Below are positions 7,728 to 16,126 of a stretch of DNA of 64,000 nucleotides, in pieces. Position numbers and translations under genes: made by a program. The notes under the pieces are model-generated. The model was not told where the DNA came from. It saw only the letters and a list, made by a program, of their open reading frames with translations, and made no database searches. The stretch spans positions 8,587 through 72,586 of the forward strand of contig JAEWQO010000096.1 in NCBI GenBank assembly GCA_023460315.1. Reading direction: 5' to 3'. Origin of the DNA: Actinomycetes bacterium. GTDB taxonomy: Bacteria > Actinomycetota > Coriobacteriia > Coriobacteriales > Eggerthellaceae. Within the stretch, counting starts at the first letter, position 1. Each line of letters opens with the position of its first letter.

Positions 7728-8733
7728 GGCTCTCCCTCCTGTTCTTCAGAATGAGATAGATGAAGAAGGGACCGCCTAAGAACGCCATCAGGATACCCAC
7801 CGGAACCTCATAGGGCGCGAACAGGACACGGGAACACAGATCGCACACCACGACGAACGCCGCACCCGTCACGGCCGACACCGGCAGCACCCATCGATTG
7901 TCATGGCCGACGAAGAATCGAACGAGGTGGGGAATGATGAGCCCGACGAACCCCAACAGGCCCGCGAAGCTGACCGCTGCGCCCGCCAACACGGCCGCAA
8001 GTCCCAGCATGCCCATGCGACACGCCCCCACGTTCATGCCGAGGGCATGCGCCGTGTCGTCGCCAAGAGCCATGATGTTGAGTTTGCTGGCAGCGAGCAT
8101 GGCCGCAACGAGGGCGACGGCACAATAGAGGGTGGGCCACCACAGGTCGTCCATGAGCACGCCCGCAAGGCCACCGACCAAAAACGACGACGACCCCACG
8201 TAGGCGTCGGGATTGATGATGAGGATGGTGTTCATCCCCGCGCCAAACACCGTGGTGATGGCAATGCCCGCCAGCACCACGGTGAGACGGGAAACGCCCG
8301 CGCCCAGCGAGATGCCGAAGATGATGAGAGCCGTCACCAACGCCCCCGCAAAGGCGGCAAGCGGCGGAAGCCACAGCAGGCTCGGAAAGGCGCTCGCCGC
8401 AATGAGGACGAACAGGCCCGCACCGGAATTGACGCCAATGATGTTAGGACTGGCGAGCGGGTTGTCGAGCACCGCCTGGATGATAGCCCCCGACGTCGCG
8501 AGAGCAGCCCCCGCCACCAACGCCGCCAGCACCCGGGGCAGACGAACGTTGACAAGAATGCTCTTGGCGGCAGCGCTCACGTCACCGCCAGTCATCCAGG
8601 CAATCAGATCGCCCAGACTCACCGACGATGAGCCAACGAGAAAGGCAGCGACCGTCACCGCCAGAAGCACGGCGACGGAAACAAGCGCCACCGCAGGAGC
8701 AGACCTTCCTCGTTCATCTTGATCCTCGATCAA
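7720..8733 (-). CDS. FecCD/BtuC-family permease of iron-chelate / haem / B12-type importer
   Basis: ORF 7720..8733(-), 337 aa. The protein is polytopic and shows the FecCD pattern (LRLPRVLAALVAGAALATSGAIIQAVLDNPLASPNIIGV...). Confidence 0.9.
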   Translation of the reverse strand: MIEDQDERGRSAPAVALVSVAVLLAVTVAAFLVGSSSVSLGDLIAWMTGGDVSAAAKSILVNVRLPRVLAALVAGAALATSGAIIQAVLDNPLASPNIIGVNSGAGLFVLIAASAFPSLLWLPPLAAFAGALVTALIIFGISLGAGVSRLTVVLAGIAITTVFGAGMNTILIINPDAYVGSSSFLVGGLAGVLMDDLWWPTLYCAVALVAAMLAASKLNIMALGDDTAHALGMNVGACRMGMLGLAAVLAGAAVSFAGLLGFVGLIIPHLVRFFVGHDNRWVLPVSAVTGAAFVVVCDLCSRVLFAPYEVPVGILMAFLGGPFFIYLILKNRRESLD

Positions 8734-8742
8734 CGTCCGCCC

Positions 8743-9747
8743 CTACCCGTACAGGATGTCGAAAAGTTCCTGGTAGCTCTCGGCCCAACGATTGTTCGGC
8801 TTGAACTGGAACAGCGTCTTATCCAGAGTGAGATACGTTCCGTTCTCCACGGCGGAAAGCGTCGACCAGGCAGGATTTGCCGCGGTTGCCTCTTCGAGGT
8901 TCTTCATGGCTGCCGCGTCATCGTTGCCCATGGGGACGACCAGTATGAAATCGGGATTCATCTCGATGACCGACTCCAAGCTGAAATCCTTGAGCAGGCT
9001 TGGATTCTCGTCGGCAAGGTTCTTCACGCCCAGATCGGCAAGCATGGCACCCGTCATCGTCGAAGACGACTGCACGCGCGTGCCCCCGGAATAGGTGGTC
9101 ATGAGCAGCGCCGTGGGAGCTTCGCCCGAGGGCATCTTCGCCTTCACGGCATCGATGGAATCAGCCACGTCCTGGCCGTTCTGCTGATACAGGTCCTCAC
9201 GTCCCGTGATGTTGCAGCATGTCTGCAGCATGCGCAGATAGTCATCGAACGTCGTCACCGTGAAGTACGCTACGGGAATGCCGGAAGCGGCCAAAGCCTC
9301 CTTGAGATCGGTTTGGTTCGAATCACCGCCACGCCCGCCGGTTCCACTCGTCATGATGACGAAGTCGGGGTTGAGCGCAATGATGGATTCAAGGTTCGGG
9401 CTCGAGAAGTCCCCCACTTTTTGGACATCCTCGGACTGAATGGTGTAGCTGTCAAACGTATCGTCCGACGCCCCCACCAGCGTGCCTCCCGCAAGCTCCC
9501 AGATGTTCGCGAAACTGCCCATGCAGGCAACCACCCGCTGGGGATTGTTCACCGTCACCTCGGCGCCCGTGTCGTCAGTGAACGTGACCGCCCCCTCGTT
9601 CGATGCCGAGGACTGCGAGGAGCCGGCATCTCCATCCTGCGATCCGGTGGCGCTGCTGCAGCCCATGCCGGTCAGCAGCATCGACACCGCAAGCGCGACG
9701 GCAGCGGCACCTGCCCCTATCCGTTTTGCCATCGTGGGTCGTTCCAT
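8743..9747 (-). CDS. Substrate-binding lipoprotein of the importer (cluster-A, BtuF/FhuD-like)
   Basis: ORF 8743..9912(-). The start is set at ATG 9747 (MERPTMAKRIGAGAAAVALAVSMLLTGMGCSS), 7 nt after GAAGGGA. It has a signal peptide with a lipobox-like LTGMGC, and a periplasmic-binding fold pattern (...IIALNPDFVIMTSG...). Confidence 0.85.
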   Translation of the reverse strand: MERPTMAKRIGAGAAAVALAVSMLLTGMGCSSATGSQDGDAGSSQSSASNEGAVTFTDDTGAEVTVNNPQRVVACMGSFANIWELAGGTLVGASDDTFDSYTIQSEDVQKVGDFSSPNLESIIALNPDFVIMTSGTGGRGGDSNQTDLKEALAASGIPVAYFTVTTFDDYLRMLQTCCNITGREDLYQQNGQDVADSIDAVKAKMPSGEAPTALLMTTYSGGTRVQSSSTMTGAMLADLGVKNLADENPSLLKDFSLESVIEMNPDFILVVPMGNDDAAAMKNLEEATAANPAWSTLSAVENGTYLTLDKTLFQFKPNNRWAESYQELFDILYG

Positions 9748-9785
9748 GAAAAGTTCCCTTCTCTGTCTGTCGAGGATGAGGTTCA

Positions 9786-10784
9786 TCAGCTCATGACCAG
9801 CTGCTGGCCGTGAGCGCAGTAATCGTCCTGGGCGAGCACGTCGCCGTCGTGATAGTAGGCGGCACGCGCCCGGCATCCGCCACATCCGTCGCGGTAGTCG
9901 CAGGTTCCGCATGCACCGCCGTACTCCTGCGTGCGCAGATGCTCAAACACGGGACTCGTCTTCCATATCTCGTCGAAAGGCGTGATGCGCACATCGCCCG
10001 CTTCCTCCGTCATGTAGGCGCAAGGACGGACGATGCCTTCGCTCCCCACGACGCAGTAGGTGAGCCCCGCCAGACAGCCCCGCGAAAAACGCGTCTCCAC
10101 GCCCAGCTGCTTTGCAACGCGCGTGAATTGGGGGGCGCAGGTGGGCTTCACGTCGATAGGAACCTCGTCAGCTTTACGCATGATGTCCTGCAGCAGACGC
10201 TCGTTCTCGAGCACCTTGAGGCCGGTCTCCTCAATGTAGCGGCCGCGTCCAACGGGAATGAGGAAAAAGATATAGTGGGCGATAGCACCCGCTTTCACAG
10301 CGAAATCGGTGATGTCGCACACTTCGTCGCGATTCCAGTCGACCACGGTCGTATGCAGCTGGAACGGCAACCCCGCCTGTCGGCAGGCATCGAGTCCCGC
10401 CATCGTGAGATCGTAGGCATTTGGCAGACCGCGGAACTGGTCGTGTTTGGCGGGGTCAAGGCTGTCCACGCTGATTCCCATGGCGCACGCGCCCGCCTCT
10501 TTCAACCGCACCGCCACCTCAGGCGTGATGAGCGTGCCGTTCGACCCGAACACGGGACGCAGTCCCTGCGCGGCGGCGTGTGCCACCAGTTCGTAGATGT
10601 CAGGCCTCATGAGGGGTTCACCGCCCGAGAAGATCATCACCTTGAACCCGGCCCGCGCTATCTCCTCGATCATCTTCTTCGCCTCGCTGGTGGACAGTTC
10701 CTTGTCCGTGGCCTCCAAGGCATCCTGATAGCAATGCGCACACCTGAGGTTGCACTGGTTCGTCGTCATCCATGACACGATCAT
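9786..10784 (-). CDS. ahbD: Radical SAM/SPASM protein, NirJ family; candidate AhbD (haem synthase)
   Basis: ORF 9786..10784(-), 332 aa. CNLRCAHCY (CxxxCxxC), the GGEPLMRPD glycine-rich SAM motif, and a C-terminal Cys-rich SPASM-like GGACGTCDYRDGCGGCRARA. It is clearly paralogous to the NirJ-like gene at 43259-44629. The radical-SAM call is about 0.9; the AhbD assignment is inferred from size and pathway logic. Confidence 0.55.
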   Translation of the reverse strand: MIVSWMTTNQCNLRCAHCYQDALEATDKELSTSEAKKMIEEIARAGFKVMIFSGGEPLMRPDIYELVAHAAAQGLRPVFGSNGTLITPEVAVRLKEAGACAMGISVDSLDPAKHDQFRGLPNAYDLTMAGLDACRQAGLPFQLHTTVVDWNRDEVCDITDFAVKAGAIAHYIFFLIPVGRGRYIEETGLKVLENERLLQDIMRKADEVPIDVKPTCAPQFTRVAKQLGVETRFSRGCLAGLTYCVVGSEGIVRPCAYMTEEAGDVRITPFDEIWKTSPVFEHLRTQEYGGACGTCDYRDGCGGCRARAAYYHDGDVLAQDDYCAHGQQLVMS

Positions 10785-10970
10785 GGGCGGTTCCTTTCAA
10801 TTCGGCTGTACAGTTTTCGCACGGAGGAGCGGGGGGCGGGAGAAAACAACTCTGAAGCGCACGCGACTGCCCGGCATGCTTGCCGTTTGGTCACACGATG
10901 CCCGGATCATCCCTGCAAGGGGAAGGAGAAAGCGGAAGAGGCATCCCCTCAGCCCTCGGGGGCAACGCGG

Positions 10971-11735
10971 TCAATCGACGGGATCGGGCTGATCACAGGC
11001 AGCGGCCGAGACGGCTTCAAGGTAGTCGAACACCGACTGGCGCAACTCGTCGAACGACCCGTCATGGCCATGCGGAGCCATGTTCTCCATAAGGATGAAA
11101 TCCTGCTCCGCCTTCGCGGCATCTCGCGATGCGCCGAGATCCAAGTAGCGTTTGGCAAGGTCGCGCGCACGGGAACTTTCAAGCGGCTCGTTCGTCGACA
11201 TGAGATGGATGGCATCGGCGATGAGCTCATGCCATTGGAACACCGACACGCCGTGGCCCGACTGCTCGTCGGCAATCTCCTCGGACACATCTTCGTCCTC
11301 GCGGATGCAGGTGAGTCGCCAAAAGAACTGGCCCTCCCCCTGGCAACGCTCCACGGTGGCGGCAAGCTGCTCCCAGTCAAGCTCGGTGGATCCCACCGCA
11401 TCATGCAAGGCTCGAAGGGTCGTCATGCGCTTGAACAGTGCCTGAAACTGCCCCTCGATGGCATCGGTCTGCTCGCCTGTCAGCTCCTGCAGCGCGGCCG
11501 GCTCTTCGAAAAGATCTGCGTCGGATTTGATCTGGGACAGAGAGAGTCCCAAGTACTTCAAGGTCAAAATACGATACAGATCTTTCACGTTGGCGTCCGT
11601 GTACAGACGCTGGTTCTGCGGACCCTTCGCCGATGGCGATAGAAGGCCCTGCTGATCGTAGTACTGGATGGTGCGCACCGTCACTCCGACGCGCCGTGCC
11701 AGCTCTCCCACGGTCAGGTATCGTTGCTCGGTCAT
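10971..11735 (-). CDS. MerR-family transcriptional regulator with ~180-aa C-terminal effector domain
   Basis: ORF 10971..11762(-), with the start at ATG 11735 (MTEQRYLTVGELARRVGVTVRTIQYYDQQGLL...). This is a canonical MerR wHTH. The C-terminal domain is unassigned. Confidence 0.85.
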   Translation of the reverse strand: MTEQRYLTVGELARRVGVTVRTIQYYDQQGLLSPSAKGPQNQRLYTDANVKDLYRILTLKYLGLSLSQIKSDADLFEEPAALQELTGEQTDAIEGQFQALFKRMTTLRALHDAVGSTELDWEQLAATVERCQGEGQFFWRLTCIREDEDVSEEIADEQSGHGVSVFQWHELIADAIHLMSTNEPLESSRARDLAKRYLDLGASRDAAKAEQDFILMENMAPHGHDGSFDELRQSVFDYLEAVSAAACDQPDPVD

Positions 11736-11819
11736 GCAAATGCTCCTTGTGTGGCTCGACACCGTGCTTGGCGCGCCACGCTCTCGTCTTCGCCCGAACG
11801 CCCCCGTCCGGCGCAGTTG

Positions 11820-11850
11820 AGAATACGCGATGACGCTACGTCACCGTCAA
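11820..11850 (-). promoter_or_regulatory. MerR-type promoter: TTGACG - 19-nt spacer with dyad - TATTCT
   Basis: Minus strand: TTGACG GTGACGTAGCGTCATCGCG TATTCT. The -35 is at 11845-11850 and the -10 at 11820-11825, with an exact 19-nt spacer. The spacer contains the dyad TGACG-TAG-CGTCA (11831-11843). The promoter points into the merR-family gene, about 80 nt upstream of its ATG. Confidence 0.5.
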
Positions 11851-12062
11851 CGGATAATTGCAATCGTTCAGAACTTCGCGACAAATGGCCGGTGAACGTC
11901 CTGCCGTCCTCGAAGCCACACCATCGGGCAGAACCGCTGTTCCAGAACGGAGAAACGGACGGTGAAGGGAACGCACCCGCCAGAAGGAACGGGGCTGTAC
12001 GGACGATCGCCCCGCGATGGCGCGAAATGCAGCCGACGGCGCTGGGGGACTTCCCTGCCGGA

Positions 12063-12356
12063 CTACAGTCGGGGCAAAGCGGCCATCCACGCATCAACCG
12101 CCTCCTTGCCAGCCCGGACCGACACGCGCTTGCGACGAGACGACTGCCCTCCCTCGATCGACGCCGCCGTCTTCGGGATGTTCAGAGAAGAGGCGATCAC
12201 CTTGCACACCGCTTTGTTCGCCTTTCCGCCTTCGGGAGGCGCAGCCACCCGCACCCACACTTCATCCGGCTCCCCTCTGCCAGGGCGAACCCCTGAAACC
12301 TCGTCACGCCCCGAGCGGGGCGTGACGTGAACGGATATGATCGTTGACTCCGGCAT
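12063..12356 (-). CDS. yggU: DUF167 / YggU-family protein
   Basis: ORF 12063..12356(-), 97 aa. Shows ...VRVAAPPEGGKANKAVCKVIASSLNIPKTAASIEGGQSSRRKRVSV, the characteristic ApPxxGkAN...G..sr.K pattern. It sits at the usual position downstream of divIVA. Confidence 0.8.
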   Translation of the reverse strand: MPESTIISVHVTPRSGRDEVSGVRPGRGEPDEVWVRVAAPPEGGKANKAVCKVIASSLNIPKTAASIEGGQSSRRKRVSVRAGKEAVDAWMAALPRL

Positions 12357-12409
12357 CAGGCTATCGTCCGGCTGGACATCTGAAGCCCCAGCCGGACAGG
12401 GAGGCTCGG

Positions 12410-13213
12410 CTAGTCTATCTCTTCGAATTCAAAGGCATCGTCAGCATCGCCGAAACCGGAAAGGTCCTTCTCGGGACGCGAGGGAGTCGGAGTTGCCGGA
12501 GCGACGACCGTGGATCCGGTGACCTGAGGCGTGGCGTATGCGACGGTCCCCTCCCGGTTGATGGGAGCCTGGGCGGAAGACGAGACCCGACCCGTCGTCT
12601 CAACGACCGCTGACGAGCGGCCATGAGCGCTGGCAAGCGAACTGGCCGGCAGGTCGGCGCCGATCTCTGCCAATTTGCGCGTGGCATCGGAAATGAAGTC
12701 GGTCAACAGCTCCTGGTAGTCCTCGCGGGCATCCTCGCGATCGTCCTCGAGCTTCTTGATGGCGTCGATCACCTTCTGCCTGTCATTGTCGGCCTTGCCA
12801 AGGATGCGTGCCGCCTCGTCTTCGGAGTCCTTGATGGTGGAAGCCGCATCGGCCTTTGCGTTGGAGATGATCTCGTCAGCCGAACGCTGCGCGATGATGA
12901 GCGCTTGGGCGATGGCGTTGTCGTCGGCCTTCTTCGCCTCAAGCTGCCGCTCAAGTTCAGCGATGCGCGCGTCCTTCTCGGCCAGCGCCTCGTTGTCGAT
13001 GGCCGCCAACGGAGCCGCATCGAGGCGGGCAGGAGTGTCGAAGCCTTCAAATTTACGGTCGTCCAGTTGATTCTCAAGCTGCCCGATCTGAGAGTTCAGC
13101 TCGTCGATGCTGTCGGCGACATGCTCGAGGAACACATCCACCTCGTCAACATCATAGCCCTTGCGATCGATCGAGAAGCTTTGGTTGTGAATATCAGCCG
13201 AGGTGATAGCCAT
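12410..13213 (-). CDS. divIVA: DivIVA-domain cell-pole/septum protein
   Basis: ORF 12410..13213(-), 267 aa. N-terminal MAITSADIHNQSFSIDRKGYDVDEVDVFLEHV is the DivIVA lipid-binding domain. Coiled-coil segments follow, then a low-complexity tail. Confidence 0.9.
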   Translation of the reverse strand: MAITSADIHNQSFSIDRKGYDVDEVDVFLEHVADSIDELNSQIGQLENQLDDRKFEGFDTPARLDAAPLAAIDNEALAEKDARIAELERQLEAKKADDNAIAQALIIAQRSADEIISNAKADAASTIKDSEDEAARILGKADNDRQKVIDAIKKLEDDREDAREDYQELLTDFISDATRKLAEIGADLPASSLASAHGRSSAVVETTGRVSSSAQAPINREGTVAYATPQVTGSTVVAPATPTPSRPEKDLSGFGDADDAFEFEEID

Positions 13214-13272
13214 TCTTTTTCCCTTCGCCCTGTACGTGCGCTTTGCGTGCGATTGTAGCGCGTGTCCTCAGA

Positions 13273-13536
13273 TTAAAACAAGCCGACCACTAATCTTACC
13301 CCGAATTGTAATACAAGCAGCGCAATGATAGGGGTTATGTCCACCATACCTCCAAGAGGAGGTATGAGCTTCTTGAACAAATTGAGGTAGGGATCGCACA
13401 CCTTGCCGAGGATGCGATAGATGTCGGCCAGAATCCCCCGATCGGTCGGAAGCCACGACATCATCACATACACGAACAGCACGAGGCTGTATGCGTCGGC
13501 GACCGAAACGATGAAATACTTCAGGGTGCTCAACAT
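13273..13536 (-). CDS. yggT: YggT-family small membrane protein
   Basis: ORF 13273..13536(-), 87 aa, with two TM helices. The motif ...DPYLNLFKKLIPPLGGMVDITPIIALLVL is typical of YGGT repeats. Confidence 0.85.
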   Translation of the reverse strand: MLSTLKYFIVSVADAYSLVLFVYVMMSWLPTDRGILADIYRILGKVCDPYLNLFKKLIPPLGGMVDITPIIALLVLQFGVRLVVGLF

Positions 13537-14378
13537 GCCCCAAGCTCCTTAGAACGGCGAACGGCGGCTTCGACGCCGGCGTCGAGGGATTCTGCAAAAC
13601 CCGCCTCTTCCATAGCCGCAAGCGCGGCCAGCGTCGACCCTCCGGGGCTGCACACGGCACGGCGGGTGGCCTCGGCATCTTGGCCGGTGCGTTCCATGAG
13701 CAAGGCAGTGCCATACAGGGTCTGAAACGCGAGCTCTTCGGCAAGGTGCGGATCGAGTCCCTGCCGCGCACCTGCATCGCGCAGAGCTTCGATGAGTGCT
13801 GCGGCATAGGCCGGCCCTGACCCGCTCACCGCCCCTGCGGCGTCCATGGCGCCTTCCTCGATCACGAACGCCCGGCCCAAACAGGCAAACAGGCTTCTCA
13901 CAAGCTCCACGTCCGCCTCCGTCGCGTTCGTTCCGCCCGTGACGGCAGTGGCCCCCTCCCCCACGAGCAACGGAGTATTGGGCATCGTGCGCACCAAGCG
14001 GGCGCCGTCGGGCAGCGCCCTTTCAAGGCGCCCCGTGGCCAATCCGGCGGCAATGGACACGAACAGCGGTCCCTCAGCGCCGCCTCCATAGGCGGGCAGC
14101 CCGGCAATGCCCTCGAGCACACCCATCATGACCTGCGGCTTGACAGCCAAGACAACGACATCCGCACCCTCGATGTCCCGAGCGTCAACGACGCACCTCA
14201 CCCCATACTGCTGCGTCAGGTGGTCGCGACGCTCCTTCCCGGGATTCGCGACGACAAAGCTCTGCGCGTTCAGGTCGTTTGCCGGCGCGCAGTCGGCGGC
14301 TATCAGACCGCCCATGATGGCCTCTCCCATCTTGCCGCCGCCAATGAGCGCGATGCGCATCCGCAAAGAAGCCGCCAC
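13530..14378 (-). CDS. proC: Pyrroline-5-carboxylate reductase ProC
   Basis: ORF 13530..14378(-). Rossmann start MRIALIGGGKMGEAI (the alternative ATG at 14360 may be the true start). C-terminal CSPGGSTLAAL motif. The gene is embedded between sepF and yggT. Confidence 0.9.
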   Translation of the reverse strand: MAASLRMRIALIGGGKMGEAIMGGLIAADCAPANDLNAQSFVVANPGKERRDHLTQQYGVRCVVDARDIEGADVVVLAVKPQVMMGVLEGIAGLPAYGGGAEGPLFVSIAAGLATGRLERALPDGARLVRTMPNTPLLVGEGATAVTGGTNATEADVELVRSLFACLGRAFVIEEGAMDAAGAVSGSGPAYAAALIEALRDAGARQGLDPHLAEELAFQTLYGTALLMERTGQDAEATRRAVCSPGGSTLAALAAMEEAGFAESLDAGVEAAVRRSKELGAC

Positions 14379-15341
14379 CTACAGCACCCCCTGGTTGCGC
14401 AGGGCGAGACGCTCAGCCTCTGACAGATGGGAACCACGCGTGACGGCGAACACCTTGTCGGCGATGCATTCGACGCGCGCATCGAGCGCGCTTGCAACGC
14501 CGAACGAGAAATCGAGGATGCGCTTCGCCAGATTGTCGGGAGTGTTGCGCAGCGCAAGAATCACGGCATCACCGGCCTTGAGCTGCTTTGCGACGCGCTC
14601 CACCTCGGCGTAGCTCGACGGCTTGAGAACGGACAGGGACCGCGACGGATTGTGCGAGGCGACGCCGGTTCCCGCGTAGGCGTCGTAAGGGTCGAATGAG
14701 CCCGTCCCCGAACCCCCGCCAGCAGGCGACGTATCAAGGGGGGACGTGACCGATGCGGACGACGATCGACCGCTCGGAGCCGCCGCCCCAGATGCGGCAG
14801 CATCTGCCGTCGAAGAGAACAGCGAGTCAAGCCCTTCGGACCGGTCCCGGGAGGCAGCCACGTGAGCCGGCGACGAAGGAGCAGGCTGCGTGGCATCAAC
14901 CATGGTCCGCTCTCCACGATACGCGGAGGTGGCCGCAGCAGACGACACGCGCCGCGGAGGCAGCGGGTCGCGGTTCAGGCTGTCGGGGACTTGGGTATGG
15001 GCACGCACGTCGCCGATGGAGACGAGTTTTGGCATGCTTGAATCCGTCCGAGAAGACGAACGCGTCGAGCGGGACGAACGCGCCGAGCGAGGCGGGCGCG
15101 TGGTGATGGGAGCATAGGGATCGTAGCGCGAACCCGATGCGGCGCCCTCGTTATAATCAGGGCCGTATTCCGAAAACTCACCGAGATCCTCGGCATAGTC
15201 GCCGTAGTCGTCGTCGGCGTTGCCGTAGTCGTCGTAGTATTCCTCATGGTAGTCGCTGCTCGCCGCATCGGCGAAGCCAAGCTTCGACTTGATGCCGTCG
15301 AGCATTCCATGTTCGGATTTCTTTATCCTAGGCAGTTCCAT
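14379..15341 (-). CDS. sepF: Cell division protein SepF with very long disordered linker
   Basis: ORF 14379..15341(-), 320 aa. The N-terminal amphipathic MLDGIKSKLGF helix follows 12 extra residues (alternative start ATG 15305). The C-terminal SepF core is VLKPSSYAEVERVAKQLKAGDAVILALRNTPDNLAKRILDFSFGVASALDARVECIADKVFAVT. The two are separated by about 190 Ser/Asp/Tyr/Arg/Ala-rich residues. Confidence 0.85.
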   Translation of the reverse strand: MELPRIKKSEHGMLDGIKSKLGFADAASSDYHEEYYDDYGNADDDYGDYAEDLGEFSEYGPDYNEGAASGSRYDPYAPITTRPPRSARSSRSTRSSSRTDSSMPKLVSIGDVRAHTQVPDSLNRDPLPPRRVSSAAATSAYRGERTMVDATQPAPSSPAHVAASRDRSEGLDSLFSSTADAAASGAAAPSGRSSSASVTSPLDTSPAGGGSGTGSFDPYDAYAGTGVASHNPSRSLSVLKPSSYAEVERVAKQLKAGDAVILALRNTPDNLAKRILDFSFGVASALDARVECIADKVFAVTRGSHLSEAERLALRNQGVL

Positions 15342-15419
15342 GTTCCCTCACCTGCTTCATTTGATCCCGACGGCTCACCGTCGCTGCATTGTCCTTCGCC
15401 ATAGGGGCCGCCCTGTACA

Positions 15420-16121
15420 TCAGCGCGAAGCGGCTCCAAATGCGTCGTCGAAGATGGCCCGCCCGATTCGCACTATGGTAGCGCCCGCCGCCACCGCTTC
15501 GCGCCAGTCCTCGCTCATGCCCATAGAAAGTTCATCGAACGCATCCGCGCGAACGGGATCGAGGCCCGTTCGAATCTCTTCCTGCAAATGCGCCAATACT
15601 TCGAAGCACGAGCGCGCCACGGCCAGATCTCCCTGGGGGGCCATGGTCATGAGACCACGGACGCGGATATGGGAGAAGTCCGCGCACTGGCGCACCATCG
15701 CCTGCACGTCATCCGGCGCAAGCCCGCTTTTGCTTTGCTCGCCCGACACATTCACCTCAAGCAGCACATCCTGAACCTTGCCCAGGGCCTCGGCCGCTGC
15801 TTCAAACTTGGCAAGATGGCGCTCTTCGTACAGGGAATGCACCAGGGCGGCCGCTGCTGCGATCTCAGGAATCCGGCGCGACTGGATGTTGCCAATGAAA
15901 TGCCATGTCTCCTGTGGGAACCGATCGGATTTTCCCGTCAGGCCCTCAGGGCGGTTCTCCCCGAAGTCATGAGCGCCCGCCGCCACGGCTTGCGCCACCT
16001 CATCCATCCCCACCGTCTTGGAGACCGCGACGATCTTCACCTCGCGGGGATCGCGGCCTGCAGCATGACAGCAGGCCGCCACCTCGTCACAAACGTCACG
16101 ATACCGCTGTGCTATGCCCAT
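15420..16121 (-). CDS. yggS: PLP-binding protein YggS/PLPBP family
   Basis: ORF 15420..16169(-), with the start at ATG 16121 (MGIAQRYRDVCDEV...). VAVSKT (PLP lysine), HFIGNIQSRR, LSMGMSEDW. Confidence 0.9.
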   Translation of the reverse strand: MGIAQRYRDVCDEVAACCHAAGRDPREVKIVAVSKTVGMDEVAQAVAAGAHDFGENRPEGLTGKSDRFPQETWHFIGNIQSRRIPEIAAAAALVHSLYEERHLAKFEAAAEALGKVQDVLLEVNVSGEQSKSGLAPDDVQAMVRQCADFSHIRVRGLMTMAPQGDLAVARSCFEVLAHLQEEIRTGLDPVRADAFDELSMGMSEDWREAVAAGATIVRIGRAIFDDAFGAASR

Positions 16122-16126
16122 AGTCC

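Noticed and set aside
10785-10970. The leader of the radical-SAM/importer operon, checked for a cobalamin riboswitch and for a RiPP precursor peptide. A 35-codon ORF is present at 10803-10910, minus strand.
   Set aside because: None of the conserved B12-box/GGUG..AA.UCC/GCCACUG blocks could be found on the sense strand. The small ORF has no Shine-Dalgarno at a usable distance and no Cys/Gly-rich or repeated core. The enzyme is clearly paralogous to the haem-operon NirJ-like gene rather than to peptide maturases.
13268-13807. A 179-aa minus-strand ORF overlapping yggT and the proC 3' end.
   Set aside because: It is an alternative frame of two well-supported genes and has an Arg/Pro/Ser-rich composition. 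It is a shadow ORF.
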